Source: Marsupella aquatica
Lineage: Eukaryota; Plantae; Marchantiophyta
Assembly (NCBI GenBank): GCA_973895155.1
Contig: OZ316892.1
Coordinates: 11,596,238-11,660,237, forward strand
DNA: 64,000 nt
Direction: 5' to 3'
A program made the position numbers and the translations under genes. The notes under the pieces were generated by a model. That model searched no databases and was not told where the DNA came from. It was given only the letters and a program-made list of their open reading frames with translations. This document shows positions 62,213 through 64,000 of this stretch, piece by piece. Position 1 is the stretch's first letter. Each line of letters begins with the position of its first letter.

Positions 62213-63407
62213 CGAGGAGTTCGAGCCCTCCACGCAGTCACAACACACTGCGAAGGTACCGTACCTTACCGTGCCCCTTCGAGCCCTGGAGGCTGGAGGC
62301 TGGAGCCTTCGACGCAGTCCCGCAGTGCCAGTTCCTGTCCTGGTTACCATAGTCTGGAGTCGACTGCGTCCTTGCGGGGGGACGACAGAGAGACAGGCAG
62401 AGAGGAGACAGCAGGGTTACGGTATTCCTCTCCTCCGACGTCCGAACGCATTTTTGCTGACGAAGAGGAGTAAGTAAGAGGAGGAGGAAGAGGAGGAAGA
62501 GGAGGAAGAAGAGCAGTGCTGCTCCTGTGTCGATGCGTGGGTTGCTTTGTTCGTCGTCTGTGGTCGGAGAGAGAGAGGTGTGTGGGTGTCGGGGTGGAGA
62601 ATTGGGGATGTGCGCAACGAGAGCGCAGTTTAGGGTCGCCTGCGATTCGAGATAGGTTGGTGGGTGGGTGATGAGTGGCACCTCTGGGTCTCTGGCGATG
62701 CGACGGTGTTCGCTCCGGACGACGAGGGGCGAGGTTGTGATCGATGAAAGCTCCGAGGTCGAGGAATGAAGCGGAGCACGAGAACGAGAGGAACGAGAGC
62801 CAGACGAGGGATGTAAGAGAGAAGCGAGGGAGAAGAGGAGGAGGAGGAGGAGGAGGAGGAGAGAAAGGATTGCGGGTGGATGGAGAGGCGGTCAGTGAGG
62901 TCGATAACGAGGCAGTGGACTGACGAGGGAGCATTTCGTGCCTGAACGGGAAGGAGGAGATCAAAGGAGCCATTTCAGCTGTTGCGATGTTTCTCACCAA
63001 CGATGCCGAGGGCAGCAGCGACTACCGGAATGGAGGAGACCTCTGAATGACTGAACCCAGAGAATTGCACGAGATTCGAGGTTTTGATTCGGGACACGGA
63101 GGAACGGGGATTTCACGGCAGGGCTGCTAATCTGGCTAGAGGATTCAGATAGAGGAGACAGAGGAGGGTGTGGGGGTGGGGGAGTGGACTCATGGCGTGG
63201 TGTCTGTCTGTTGTCTTGCACGCCAAGAGTAAAAGAGCCGTCTGCTTTGTAAACTTGCTACTTGTGTAGACTTCCCTCCTAGAAGTTGGAATTATTAGTG
63301 AGATAGCTAAGGGGTAGGATCTACGGGTTTGTCCGTATTGAATTTTTGGGCCCTTCTGAAGTGGCGTGGGCGCGGATCGTTGAGAATTCAGGGAGTGAGT
63401 GAGATAG

Positions 63408-63740
63408 ATGGAACTGGAGCTTAACTCGAAGCCGAGGTCTTTGATAAGATGCAGGCTCGAGAAGATTTGGGTATGGGACGAAATGGAAGTAGATGTGAGA
63501 TCGGGCGAAGCTGGCAGGGAGCTTCAGCAGCGTGGGGTCTACAAGGAGACGGTGGATATGGATGAGCAGATGTGGGGCAATCTACCTGGCCATCTGCTGG
63601 AAAGCCATATTCTGGTCCGGCTGCCGTTGGAGAGTTTGTTTCGATTTCGTTCCGTCTGTACGTCTTGGAATCTTCTCATCTTTTCAGATGAATTCCTAGA
63701 GCGCTACTATGAGTTGGTGTCAATACGTGAGTCCAGATAG
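63408..63740 (+). CDS. F-box domain protein, N-terminal part (truncated, spliced or pseudogene)
   Basis: MDEQMWGNLPGHLLESHILVRLPLESLFRFRSVCTSWNLLIFSDEFL is a canonical plant F-box motif. Stop at 63738-63740; a possible donor GTGAGT at 63728. Confidence 0.75.
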   Translation: MELELNSKPRSLIRCRLEKIWVWDEMEVDVRSGEAGRELQQRGVYKETVDMDEQMWGNLPGHLLESHILVRLPLESLFRFRSVCTSWNLLIFSDEFLERYYELVSIRESR

Positions 63741-64000
63741 CATATGCTGGGGAAGGATACGATTTATTCTTTGTGTTTCGAGACGACATTGTGTAAGCAC
63801 ACTCCTCCTTGAACGGATTTCCGATGGACATTACGTATTGTGTCAGCAATAATATGTTCAGTAAGTTTCCACCGTGGACATCCGTTTTGCTCTGGACGCA
63901 TAGGTGAAGTAGTTTCTTAGCAGCCGCGCTATGAAGTCTTTTGCTTTGAGATAATCCAGTCTGACTATGTTCTGGATTTATTACTAAAGTAGGAGTACAA

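Noticed and set aside
62238-63221. Pro/Ser/Leu-rich minus-strand ORFs (147, 218 and 75 aa)
   Set aside because: Explained by GA/GGA low-complexity tracts typical of a GC-rich 5' region; no domain.

Overview
Eukaryotic land-plant nuclear DNA with intron-rich genes; a bryophyte origin is my inference only. I reconstructed four host genes by hand: exportin-T/PAUSED (+, 13 coding exons), a DEG9-type HtrA protease (-, 9 exons, one GC-AG intron), a DREB/TINY-type AP2/ERF factor (-) and a SIS3-type membrane RING-H2 E3 ligase (-, one U12-type intron). An F-box ORF starts at the right edge. From 46 to 60 kb lies a decayed 4.9 kb PIF/Harbinger transposon with convergent transposase and Myb/trihelix genes and recognisable TIRs. 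Next to it is a large, decayed multi-exon C2H2-finger gene of no family I recognise, bracketed by tandem-repeat blocks carrying a (CA)TGGACC/GGTCCAT motif that recurs elsewhere in the window. Intergenic DNA holds MITE/foldback elements and many local duplications, including a 96-bp-period hairpin array at 20 kb. All calls rest on manual reading and recalled family motifs; no database searches were run.
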